Shown piece after piece: positions 48,309-57,421 of a stretch of 64,000 nt of DNA (within the stretch, counting starts at the first letter, position 1; each line of letters starts with the position of its first letter). The stretch covers positions 62,001 through 126,000 of IMG/VR virus record IMGVR_UViG_3300035698_029839. One strand, given 5' to 3'. The notes beneath the pieces are model-generated. The model was given only the letters and a program-made list of their open reading frames with translations. It was not told the DNA's origin and did not search any database. A program made the position numbers and the translations under genes.

Positions 48309-49255
48309 ATATACTAATAACTGTATATCCATTTGGTAAGTGTGGAGATAAACCTATTACACTTCTTGAAGGTAGGGGGTGGAATCTAATATTTAATCCT
48401 TTAGAGAGAAGATTGAAAGAAGACGAAGTTAGAGAAATGGTAAAAGGAGTGGATGCAGTAATAGCTGGAACTGAACCATATAACAGAAGAACTATTCAAT
48501 ATGCTAAAGATTTAAAAGTTATTTCTAGATCAGGAATAGGTCTTGATAGTATCGATTATCAAGCGTGTAAAGAGAAAAATATATTAGTTGCAAATACTCC
48601 AGAAGCTCCTTCTGATGCTGTGTCAGATTTAACTATTGCTCAAATTTTTAATTTATTGAGAAATATTTATATATCTAATCAATTCATTAAAAATGGCATG
48701 TGGAAAAGGTTTACAGGCTTATCAATTAGGCAAATAAAAATAGGTATTTTGGGAGTAGGTAGGATAGGTGGTAGAGTTATAAATAGATTAAAGTCATTTG
48801 ATGCAAATATTTTAGCTTGTGATGTAGATATAAATAAAGATATAGATGGAGTTATATGGGTTGATAAGGATACTTTATTTAAAGAATCTGATTTAATATC
48901 TATTCATATCCCGTTAACTAAAAAAAATTATCATTTTGTTGGTATGAATGAATTGAGCATGATGAAAAAAGGTGCATATTTAATTAATACTTCTAGAGGC
49001 AGCGTGTTGAATGAGAGAGATCTGGAATCATGTCTTATTAACCATCATCTAGCAGGGGCAGCTTTAGATGTTTTTGAAAAAGAGCCATATGAGGGATGTA
49101 TGAAGGATATGGATAATGTTCTATTGACTGCTCATCATGCTTCTTCTGATAGATTATCAAAATATAAAATGGAATTAGGAGCAGTTGAAAATTGTATAAA
49201 ACTTCTTAATGGAGAAATTCCAAAAGACATAGTTACGGAGAAAGATTTTGAATAA
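48305..49255 (+). CDS. Phosphoglycerate-dehydrogenase-like 2-hydroxyacid dehydrogenase
   Basis: SRSGIGLDSID, GILGVGRIG, LINTSRG and LDVFEKEP motifs. Confidence 0.9.
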   Translation: MNILITVYPFGKCGDKPITLLEGRGWNLIFNPLERRLKEDEVREMVKGVDAVIAGTEPYNRRTIQYAKDLKVISRSGIGLDSIDYQACKEKNILVANTPEAPSDAVSDLTIAQIFNLLRNIYISNQFIKNGMWKRFTGLSIRQIKIGILGVGRIGGRVINRLKSFDANILACDVDINKDIDGVIWVDKDTLFKESDLISIHIPLTKKNYHFVGMNELSMMKKGAYLINTSRGSVLNERDLESCLINHHLAGAALDVFEKEPYEGCMKDMDNVLLTAHHASSDRLSKYKMELGAVENCIKLLNGEIPKDIVTEKDFE

Positions 49256-50000
49256 ATTAAAAGAAGCATTAAAAAATAATAAAGTATCGTTGGGGACTTG
49301 GATTCAAATTCCTCATCCTTCTATCGTAGAAATTATTGCTCATAATTGTAGAGGTAAATTAGATTGGATGTGTATAGATATGGAGCATGGTTCTATAGAT
49401 ATAGAGTCTATGACTAATCTAATTAGAACTATTGAGAAGTATAATATCACTCCTATTGTGAGGATACCTAAGAATGATTATATATGGATTCACAGGGTTT
49501 TAGATGCTGGGGCTAAGGGTCTAGTCATACCTATGGTGAAAAGTGAATCTGAGGCATCTGATGCTGTTTTAGAGACATTGTATCCTCCGTTAGGAAATAG
49601 AAGCTTTGGATATAGTCGTGCTAATATATATGGGGCTGATTTTGAAGAATATATTAAAAGTGCTAATGACGATATAGCTATAATTATTCAAATTGAACAT
49701 ATTGATTCTATAAATGAATTAGATTTTATTTTATCTGTTAAGGGTATAGATGGGACATTTATTGGACCTTATGATCTGTCAGGATCTTTAGGAGTATCTG
49801 GAGATTTTGATAATGAAGCATATCAGAATGCTTTATCATTTTATATATCAAAATCTAATGAGCATAAAATTCCGATGGGTATTCATATTGTTAGACCGAA
49901 TTTGGAAAAAGTAAAATTTTGTAAAAATGTTGGGTATAAAATGATAGCAATTGGTACTGATGCTGTTCTTCTTGAAGAGAAATGCAAAGAAATTTTTTAA
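49248..50000 (+). CDS. HpcH/HpaI class II pyruvate aldolase
   Basis: CIDMEHG, VLDAGA, YPPLGNRS, QIEH and FIGPYDLSGSLG motifs. Confidence 0.92.
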   Translation: MNKLKEALKNNKVSLGTWIQIPHPSIVEIIAHNCRGKLDWMCIDMEHGSIDIESMTNLIRTIEKYNITPIVRIPKNDYIWIHRVLDAGAKGLVIPMVKSESEASDAVLETLYPPLGNRSFGYSRANIYGADFEEYIKSANDDIAIIIQIEHIDSINELDFILSVKGIDGTFIGPYDLSGSLGVSGDFDNEAYQNALSFYISKSNEHKIPMGIHIVRPNLEKVKFCKNVGYKMIAIGTDAVLLEEKCKEIF

Positions 50001-50010
50001 GGATATATCT

Positions 50011-50673
50011 ATGAGTAAAAATGAAGAGTTATTTTTATTTGGTAATAAGGGTAAATTAGATAATCCACCACAAGTAAAAATTATTGATATAATTCCTCTT
50101 TATCCTAATAAAGATAATATGTTTTTTATAGAAGTTGGTGCTAACAACGGAGTTGATAATGATCCAATTAGAGGTTGGGTTGAAGAATACAATTGGACAG
50201 GTATTTTAATAGAGCCTGTTGAGCAAGCATTTGAAGAGTTGAGGAGTAATTATGAAGGTATAAAAAATGTTTATTTTGAGAATGTGGCTATTTCTAACTC
50301 TGATGAAAAAAATGTTATCATGTATAAACCAAAATCTTCTAAAATAGCATCTCTTGATAAGAATCATCCTCCTATGAAAAACAAATACAAAAAAATAGAT
50401 GTTAGATTAAAAAAACTTAATGATATAGTCGATAAATATAATGTAGATCATATAGATTTGTTAAATATAGATGCGGAAGGTTATGATTTTGAAGTTATAA
50501 AGAGTTTAGATTTAAATAAGTGTAGGCCTATTATAGTTCATTATGAGCATAGGCATTTAGGTGATTGGAAAGTTGATTGTGAAACTTATTTACTTAATAA
50601 TGGATATTTTTTATGTTGGAATAGAAATAATACAATAGCAATAGATAGGGTGTTTAAGGAGAGTTTTGAATGA
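50011..50673 (+). CDS. FkbM-family methyltransferase
   Basis: FIEVGANNG, ILIEP, IDAEGYD and YEHRH motifs; start moved to ATG 50011. Confidence 0.88.
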   Translation: MSKNEELFLFGNKGKLDNPPQVKIIDIIPLYPNKDNMFFIEVGANNGVDNDPIRGWVEEYNWTGILIEPVEQAFEELRSNYEGIKNVYFENVAISNSDEKNVIMYKPKSSKIASLDKNHPPMKNKYKKIDVRLKKLNDIVDKYNVDHIDLLNIDAEGYDFEVIKSLDLNKCRPIIVHYEHRHLGDWKVDCETYLLNNGYFLCWNRNNTIAIDRVFKESFE

Positions 50674-51674
50674 AAGTTTTATATCAGGGGCCATTAAAAC
50701 AAGGGACACCATTGCCCGATTTAATAAAGATGGTTCATTATAATCATCCAAAAGTGGAATTTGTTCCTTATGAAAGAGGAAGAGAAGGAGATGTTATATT
50801 GACCCTTAATAGAACTGGAATTACTCCTGAGGATATTAATAAAAAGGATGAAATAATTAGAAAAGACATAAGAAGGATAGTTCATATCGGATCTATTCCT
50901 ACTTTTATGAAAAGAGGGCGTAACAAATATTCTGATAAAATTAGCCATGTTTTTTATAATTCCAATTTTTGTAAAAATATTATTCAGCCCACTTCCGATT
51001 TTAAAGAATTTTCTTCATTTTTAGTTTTTGGAGGGATGCCCGCTGATGATAATATGTCCCCAATAAGAGGCCCTCGTAAAATTAATGGGAACATCCATTT
51101 TATTGCTTTGGCAAAATGGTTTAAAAGACCATACAAAAGACTTCCACAAATAATTAGGCTTTATAATAAATTTTTGATAAAGGAATATCCTGATTCTATA
51201 TTGAATATTGTAGGATTTAAAAAAGATTATAGAGAAGGTAATATACATTATTATAGGAAGAGTTCTCATGACAAACGTTTGATAAGTATTTTTAAAAACT
51301 CTCATATCCAGTTAATGCCAACTCCTTTTGATACAGGTCCCAAAACTTTAGCTGAATCTCTTCATTATAGAGTTCCATTTATTTGTAGTAATAATTGTGC
51401 TGGCAAAGAGTATATAAAAATTTTAGGGAAATGCGGTATAGAAATAGAAACTGATATTTTTATTGATACTTATTCAAAATATAGAATACATCAACCTATT
51501 TCTATTATTGCTAAAAATAAATTTTACAAAAATGCACTTCCTTATGAAAAATATTTTGAAGCTGTGAAAGAAATAGTAAATAATTTTGAAGAATATACTT
51601 CATGGGAGTGGAATGAAAAATTAAATTATAAAGATCAATCTGATAAATTATATAATATACTAAAGGGTAAATAA
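50670..51674 (+). CDS. GT4-like glycosyltransferase
   Basis: FYNSNF and DTGPKTLAESLHYRVP motifs. Confidence 0.7.
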   Translation: MKVLYQGPLKQGTPLPDLIKMVHYNHPKVEFVPYERGREGDVILTLNRTGITPEDINKKDEIIRKDIRRIVHIGSIPTFMKRGRNKYSDKISHVFYNSNFCKNIIQPTSDFKEFSSFLVFGGMPADDNMSPIRGPRKINGNIHFIALAKWFKRPYKRLPQIIRLYNKFLIKEYPDSILNIVGFKKDYREGNIHYYRKSSHDKRLISIFKNSHIQLMPTPFDTGPKTLAESLHYRVPFICSNNCAGKEYIKILGKCGIEIETDIFIDTYSKYRIHQPISIIAKNKFYKNALPYEKYFEAVKEIVNNFEEYTSWEWNEKLNYKDQSDKLYNILKGK

Positions 51675-52349
51675 ATGCAATTATCTAAAAGATTAAATTA
51701 TTTAACCCATCTTCCAGTATTAAAAGCTATGTGTAAAACATTTTCTCCAACAGGTATTTTAGAATTGGGGTGTGGGAAACATAGTACTTCTTTTTTTTAT
51801 AATTATGATGGTGATATTGTGTCTTTGGAAAATGATGAAAAGTGGTGTGAAAGTATTAGAAAAATATGCCCAGATAAGGATAATTTTAAATTGATTTTTC
51901 ACGATGTCGGAGACGGAATTACTAAAAGAACAAAACATAATGAATTATCTGAAGAAAAAATTAATAATATAAATAATTTTTATGATGATATATTGTCTCG
52001 ATATAATTTGAATTTTTTATTTGTAGATCACTGGAAGTCCATTCGTTGCAGGTCTATAAGATATTTATCTCATAAATTTGACATAATAGCTTATCACGAT
52101 GCAGAAGATAAAAATAAGCAGTACTATTATAGGACTTTAATTTCTGAACCATTGGATGGTTTTTTCCATTGGATATATTGTTCTTTTACTACTCAGACTG
52201 GTATTCTAATTAATAAAAAATATAGTGATAAATTAGAAATTTTTGATAAGAATATTGAGTACTATCACGAAGAATTTTGTAAAAGTATAGGTAAAAAGTG
52301 TAAGTGTAAAATTAAAAGGATAAAAAATGAAAAAAATAATATTACTTAG
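51675..52349 (+). CDS. Class I methyltransferase-fold protein
   Basis: ILELGCGKHST, VSLEND, LFVDH and AYHD motifs. Confidence 0.65.
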   Translation: MQLSKRLNYLTHLPVLKAMCKTFSPTGILELGCGKHSTSFFYNYDGDIVSLENDEKWCESIRKICPDKDNFKLIFHDVGDGITKRTKHNELSEEKINNINNFYDDILSRYNLNFLFVDHWKSIRCRSIRYLSHKFDIIAYHDAEDKNKQYYYRTLISEPLDGFFHWIYCSFTTQTGILINKKYSDKLEIFDKNIEYYHEEFCKSIGKKCKCKIKRIKNEKNNIT

Positions 52350-53043
52350 TACAGATACAATGCATCATCGATATTTTATAAACAAACTTATTGATGAAAA
52401 CATATATATTGACAAATGCTTTTTTCAGACGGATCATCTACAGCCAAAATTTCCTGTTGCCCCTTTGTATGAGAAAGAGGAAGAGTTGTTCGAGTCGAAT
52501 AACTTCTTTAAATCGACTAGAAAAGATCTTGATAGAGTGCAGGTTGAGTATGTTCCCACATTCAATTGTAGGGAATGTATCGAACAAATCTCCGATTTGA
52601 AACCTGATTTCGGTATTGTATTTGGTGCAGGTATAATATATGTTCCTACAATAGAACTATTCAAAGATTATCTAATTAATGTGCATCGAGGTATAGCTCA
52701 AAAATACCGAGGTCTTGAATCCGATCTATGGGCGATATATCATAAAGATTATGCTAATATTGGAGTGACGGTTCATTTTGTTGAAAAAGAGCTTGATACG
52801 GGAGATATTGTCGGCCAAAAAAGGATACCTATCAATAATAATATGAAAATATGGCAGCTAAGATATCACTGGACTCTAATAGCCACGGAGTTAGTAACCA
52901 ATGCTATTGAAATGTATGTTGCAGGAAAAATGAGTGCATATAGCCAGCAAAGTAAGGGGAGATATTATTCATTCATGCCTTCGGAACTGAAAAATATTAT
53001 GGCTTCCCGCTTTAATACTTATTGTGAGAAACTCGATGAATAA
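52327..53043 (+). CDS. N10-formyl-THF-dependent formyltransferase (sugar N-formyltransferase-like)
   Basis: INVHRGIAQKYRG and GVTVHFVEKELDTGDIV motifs. Confidence 0.85.
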   Translation: MKKIILLSTDTMHHRYFINKLIDENIYIDKCFFQTDHLQPKFPVAPLYEKEEELFESNNFFKSTRKDLDRVQVEYVPTFNCRECIEQISDLKPDFGIVFGAGIIYVPTIELFKDYLINVHRGIAQKYRGLESDLWAIYHKDYANIGVTVHFVEKELDTGDIVGQKRIPINNNMKIWQLRYHWTLIATELVTNAIEMYVAGKMSAYSQQSKGRYYSFMPSELKNIMASRFNTYCEKLDE

Positions 53044-53092
53044 AAATAAGAATGACATAATATATTATATATAAATTGTAATAAGAAATTAA

Positions 53093-53710
53093 ATGAAAAA
53101 AATTAATTTAACTAATCAAGATAAAAAAGAAATTTTAGAAGTAGTAAAACTTACTAATAAAAAACATAGAAAAGATCCATATCAGGCAATTGGGGATATA
53201 AAAGGAGTTAGAAACACAGATTATAGATGCGAGTTTATGAAACTGCCAAAAGATTTCAAAGGGAAATCGGTATTAGATATAGGATGTAATTTAGGAGCTA
53301 TGTGTTATATTGCTAAAAGTAGAGGTGCGGGTCGCGTTGTCGGTATCGATTACAATACAGTTCTTTTAGATATGTCATCTAATGTGTTTTCAAGACATAA
53401 TTACGATATATCTCTTATTAGTTATGATTTAAATACTCAAGGGTATACTCCTTTGACAGAAATTTTAGGAAAAGATAAATTTGATTATATATTTGCGTTA
53501 TCAATTTATCATCATATTAACGATAAAAATGTATTATGGAATATTATTAATAATTATTGTTGCGATACTTGCTGGTTTGAAGGCCATAAAAGAAACAAGA
53601 GGGAAGAATTACAAAAAGTTTTAACACTGAATATTAAAGCAAAAAAAATAGATTTTGTAGGCAATATAGATGACCATGTTCGTAGATCAATTTTTAAATG
53701 TGTATTTTAA
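53093..53710 (+). CDS. Class I methyltransferase
   Basis: GKSVLDIGCNLG, VVGID and FDYIFALSIYHHI motifs. Confidence 0.85.
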   Translation: MKKINLTNQDKKEILEVVKLTNKKHRKDPYQAIGDIKGVRNTDYRCEFMKLPKDFKGKSVLDIGCNLGAMCYIAKSRGAGRVVGIDYNTVLLDMSSNVFSRHNYDISLISYDLNTQGYTPLTEILGKDKFDYIFALSIYHHINDKNVLWNIINNYCCDTCWFEGHKRNKREELQKVLTLNIKAKKIDFVGNIDDHVRRSIFKCVF

Positions 53711-53722
53711 AAGGAAAAGAAT

Positions 53723-54349
53723 ATGGTAAAAGGAGAAACTTCTGAAGAAAGAAAAAAGAGAAAATTAGCGAAAAAAAGAGAAAATAGAAGACAGAGGAAA
53801 GAAAGAAGAATACAGAGAGGAGAACGTCATAATAATATTTTAAGAGAAATAAAAGATATAGATGTAGAATTAATATATTATCCATATCGTACTTGGGATG
53901 AACCGTATGTAAAATATTGGAGACAAAATAATGGGCACCTATTAAGATTTATTAATTGCCCATGGGCATTATTTATTGAAGATTATGTGAGATTGGGAGA
54001 TAAGATATGGAGAGATTTAGACAATCATATTTTTATTCAATGGGAACGTGATATATTCTTAACAGCTAATAGGAAGGTAGATAGGCTGGAGAGAGAAAAG
54101 ATTGAAAAAGGTACTCATTCAATAAAAGCAGCTTTAAGGTTGATAAAATTGGCAAACAGTATACAAAAGTATGGATATTGTAAGGGGGTACATGCTGTAG
54201 ATAAGAATCTTATTAATGTTGTAGCGAATTACACATCTCCACATGGAGGTAGTGGATATAGAGTATTATGGGGGAATCATAGAGCAGCGGTATGTGCTGG
54301 TCTGGGGATGAAAAAAATAAAAGTGAGATGTTGGGATTCTTATTCTTAA
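53723..54349 (+). CDS. ParB/Srx-like domain protein with basic N-terminal extension
   Basis: NSIQKYGY...YRVLWGNHRAAVCAGLGMKKIKV motif. Confidence 0.62.
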   Translation: MVKGETSEERKKRKLAKKRENRRQRKERRIQRGERHNNILREIKDIDVELIYYPYRTWDEPYVKYWRQNNGHLLRFINCPWALFIEDYVRLGDKIWRDLDNHIFIQWERDIFLTANRKVDRLEREKIEKGTHSIKAALRLIKLANSIQKYGYCKGVHAVDKNLINVVANYTSPHGGSGYRVLWGNHRAAVCAGLGMKKIKVRCWDSYS

Positions 54350-54406
54350 ATTATAAAATTAAGGGTAAATGATATAAAAAAGTTATGTAAAAGAAGAGAG
54401 AATTAA

Positions 54407-55480
54407 ATGAAAAAAGTTTTTGTTTCTGGATGTTATGATATTATTCATGGAGGACACATCCAGTTTTTTAAGGATGCTAAAAAATATGGAGATTTTTTAA
54501 TTGTTAATATAGCTTCTGATGAAGTTATTAAATTAGCTAAAAATAAAAGACCTTCATTACCAGTTGAGCATAGGATATCAATTTTAGAATCATTAGAAAT
54601 AGTGGATAAAGTTTATGTTAGTAGCGATGTTGATAGTGTGTTAGATTTTAAAACTAATTTTATAAATGAGAAACCTGATTTACTAGTGTTTTCTGGAGAT
54701 GAAAAAAACAAAGATATTAAGAAAGAGTTTTGTAAAGAAGTTGGATCAGAGTGTGTCCAGATAGATAAGATTAATCCTTTTAATTATGATTCATCAATTT
54801 CTACTTCTAAAATAATTAATCTGGTTAAAAGACCAAAGAAAATACCTTTAAGAGTAGATTTTGCTGGCGGTTGGTTAGATGTCCCTTCTTTATCAAGACA
54901 AAATGCTTTTATAGTTAATTGTACAATTAATAAATTTATGGATGAAGATTGTGAGTTCGATCCAGGAGCTGGTGTAGGAGGATCTGCTGCTTACTGGCTT
55001 TATAAGGGACAGAATACATTAGAAAGTGAGTTAAAGAATGGAGCTGGATGGCAAGATCCTGCTGTTATTACAGAAACAGGATTATGTGTGTGGAGGTCTG
55101 GTATGATTCCTATTTTGGAATTAAAAATAAATCCTGATTTCCTAAATAATAAAATGGCTCTTTTATATGATAGAACTCCTCATGATACTCCCTCACTAAG
55201 AGAAATAGAAAGAGATTATAAATTGATTGAAGAAGCAGGATCTAAAGCTTATGAGGCAGTTATTAACAAAAATTTATTTCTTCTTAATGATGCGGTCGAT
55301 ATATCTTATAAAGCTCAATTAAAAGAGGGAATGAATAAATTAAAATCGTATGGAGAGATGAGTAAAAAATATTGTGGTTCAGGATGGGGAGGATGTTCTT
55401 TATATGTTTTTTATAATCATGAAAGAGTTCCTGACAATATGATAAAAATACAACCATATATAAGAAATATTGACGAATAG
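54407..55480 (+). CDS. Cytidylyltransferase (TagD/RfaE-like) fused to a GHMP sugar-kinase domain
   Basis: GCYDIIHGGH and SISTSKI, then PLRVDFAGGWLD, PGAGVGGSAA, GWQD and CGSGWGG. Confidence 0.85.
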   Translation: MKKVFVSGCYDIIHGGHIQFFKDAKKYGDFLIVNIASDEVIKLAKNKRPSLPVEHRISILESLEIVDKVYVSSDVDSVLDFKTNFINEKPDLLVFSGDEKNKDIKKEFCKEVGSECVQIDKINPFNYDSSISTSKIINLVKRPKKIPLRVDFAGGWLDVPSLSRQNAFIVNCTINKFMDEDCEFDPGAGVGGSAAYWLYKGQNTLESELKNGAGWQDPAVITETGLCVWRSGMIPILELKINPDFLNNKMALLYDRTPHDTPSLREIERDYKLIEEAGSKAYEAVINKNLFLLNDAVDISYKAQLKEGMNKLKSYGEMSKKYCGSGWGGCSLYVFYNHERVPDNMIKIQPYIRNIDE

Positions 55481-55509
55481 ATTATAAGTTAAAAGATACA
55501 GGAGATAAT

Positions 55510-56328
55510 ATGACCAAAGTAGGAATTATAGGTTATGGAATTATAGGAAAAGCAGTATTAAAAATGTTTAAGGACAAAGTAGAACTTTGTGTTCATGATA
55601 TAAATATTTCTACTGATGATAAAATATATTTAAATATGGTTGGAATAGAATATTCTGATAAGGAAGAAATTAATAGTTGTGATATTGCTTTTGTTTGTGT
55701 CCCTACCCCACATAATAAGTATGATGGCTTGGATATGTCTATTGTTGAAAGTGTTATAAAAGAGTTTAATCCAGGAATGTTTGTTATATGTTCTGCTTTA
55801 CAACCTGGCACAGCAGATATTTTAATGAATAAATATGGAAAGAAAATAGTTGTACAGCCAGAATATTTTGGAGAGACAACGAATCATCCTCTTACTAATT
55901 TATCTCAAAATCCATTTATGATTTTAGGCGGTAAAAATGAAGATGTTGATGAAGTCATAAAACTTTATCAAAAAGTTTATAATGCTAATATCAGAATTAG
56001 AAAGGTGACAGCTTTAGAAGCTGAAGTGATTAAACTTTCTGAGAATAGAGCTATAGCATATAAGGTTGCTCAATGTCAAGAATTGTATGATGCTTGTAAA
56101 AATTCTAAGGTAGATTATGAAACTATTAGACAAGCTGTTTATGGGGATGACCCAAGATTTAATTTATGGTGGACTTTTGTTTATGAAGATAACAGAGGTA
56201 TGAATAGTAAGTGTATTCCTAAGGATGTTTACGGGTGGTATAGGTGGGCAGATGATTCAGGAGTTAATCCACGATTAACTGAAGCCTTATTAGATTATAA
56301 CCACAGTTTAGTAAAGAAAGATGAGTAA
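55510..56328 (+). CDS. UDP-glucose/GDP-mannose dehydrogenase family protein (short, intein-free)
   Basis: GIIGYGIIG, CVPTP and divergent catalytic GMNSKCIPKD; lacks the C-terminal UDP-binding domain. Confidence 0.82.
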   Translation: MTKVGIIGYGIIGKAVLKMFKDKVELCVHDINISTDDKIYLNMVGIEYSDKEEINSCDIAFVCVPTPHNKYDGLDMSIVESVIKEFNPGMFVICSALQPGTADILMNKYGKKIVVQPEYFGETTNHPLTNLSQNPFMILGGKNEDVDEVIKLYQKVYNANIRIRKVTALEAEVIKLSENRAIAYKVAQCQELYDACKNSKVDYETIRQAVYGDDPRFNLWWTFVYEDNRGMNSKCIPKDVYGWYRWADDSGVNPRLTEALLDYNHSLVKKDE

Positions 56329-57421
56329 TATGAAAGATACTATTGGAGTAATTGGTTGCGGTTTTGTGGGGAAGGCAGTTGTAAAAGGTTTCGAGCAATT
56401 TGCAGATGTTAAAATCTATGATACGGATGAAAAAAAATCAATACATGATTTTAAAGAAGTAGTAAATTGTGATTTTGTTTTTATATGTTTGCCTACACCA
56501 ATGATATCATCAGAAGGAGGAAGAGCTAATTTATCAATACTTGAGAAATGTATGGAAGATATTAGTAATGTAGAAAATAGAAATAAAGATTCTATTTATG
56601 TTATTAAATCGACAGTCCCAATTGGGACAACAAAAAGATTTGTATCTCAGTATAAAAATTTGCGTATAGTTCATAATCCAGAATTTCTAACTGCACGTTC
56701 TGCTATAATAGATTTTATTTGTCCTGCAAGAAATATTGTTGGTGCAGATTGGGGACGTGATGGCAAACCTGTTCAGGATTTATTAATAGATAGATTTCCA
56801 GGTACTCGTTGTATAGCTATGACATCTGAAGAATCAGAAACGGTTAAATATATGGCAAATTCTTTTTTAGCAACAAAGGTTATATTTTTCAATGAAATGA
56901 GATTGCTAGTTGATAAGAAAAATTTAGACTGGGATAGAGTCATAAGTGGAGTTATGTCAGATGGTAGGATAGGAACTTCTCATTATCAAGTACCAGGACA
57001 TGATGGGGACAGGGGTTTTGGTGGATTGTGTGTTTTACCTGATGCTAAAGTTAGTGTGAGTAGTAATTTTTGTTACTTCCCAGAATTTTTAAATGATGAA
57101 GATAGTAGCTATATGAGAAGTCATGCTTATTCTAATAGGGAAATAAGAATAGAAGATTTATATGACGAATTTAAAGATAGAAAGAAATTTCATTTTTTGT
57201 TAATACAATCTTGCAATGATAAAATAGAAGAAATTGAAGATAAATATATCAGAGATGTGACTGTTAGGGATATAGATGAAGAAATTTATTGTTTTGAAAC
57301 TTCAAATGGTTTGTTTCGTTGCACATCTAATCATTTAATGCCTGTCGAAAGACAAGGAAAAATAATTATTATTCCTGCAAAAGAAATAAAGGAAACGGAT
57401 TTGCTTTTCTCGAAAGTATAA
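56321..57421 (+). CDS. ugd: UDP-glucose 6-dehydrogenase N-extein (236 aa) plus split intein N-fragment (130 aa)
   Basis: GCGFVG, KSTVP, NPEFL, KYMANSFLATK and GFGGL, then intein block A CVLPDAKV from 57029 and block B CTSNHLMPV. Confidence 0.92.
   Translation: MSNMKDTIGVIGCGFVGKAVVKGFEQFADVKIYDTDEKKSIHDFKEVVNCDFVFICLPTPMISSEGGRANLSILEKCMEDISNVENRNKDSIYVIKSTVPIGTTKRFVSQYKNLRIVHNPEFLTARSAIIDFICPARNIVGADWGRDGKPVQDLLIDRFPGTRCIAMTSEESETVKYMANSFLATKVIFFNEMRLLVDKKNLDWDRVISGVMSDGRIGTSHYQVPGHDGDRGFGGLCVLPDAKVSVSSNFCYFPEFLNDEDSSYMRSHAYSNREIRIEDLYDEFKDRKKFHFLLIQSCNDKIEEIEDKYIRDVTVRDIDEEIYCFETSNGLFRCTSNHLMPVERQGKIIIIPAKEIKETDLLFSKV

Noticed and set aside
28950-49255. SerA-like genes as serine biosynthesis auxiliary genes
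   Set aside because: Both lack ACT domains and serB/serC neighbours, and are coupled to cytidylyltransferase or aldolase genes, so a sugar-acid role is more likely
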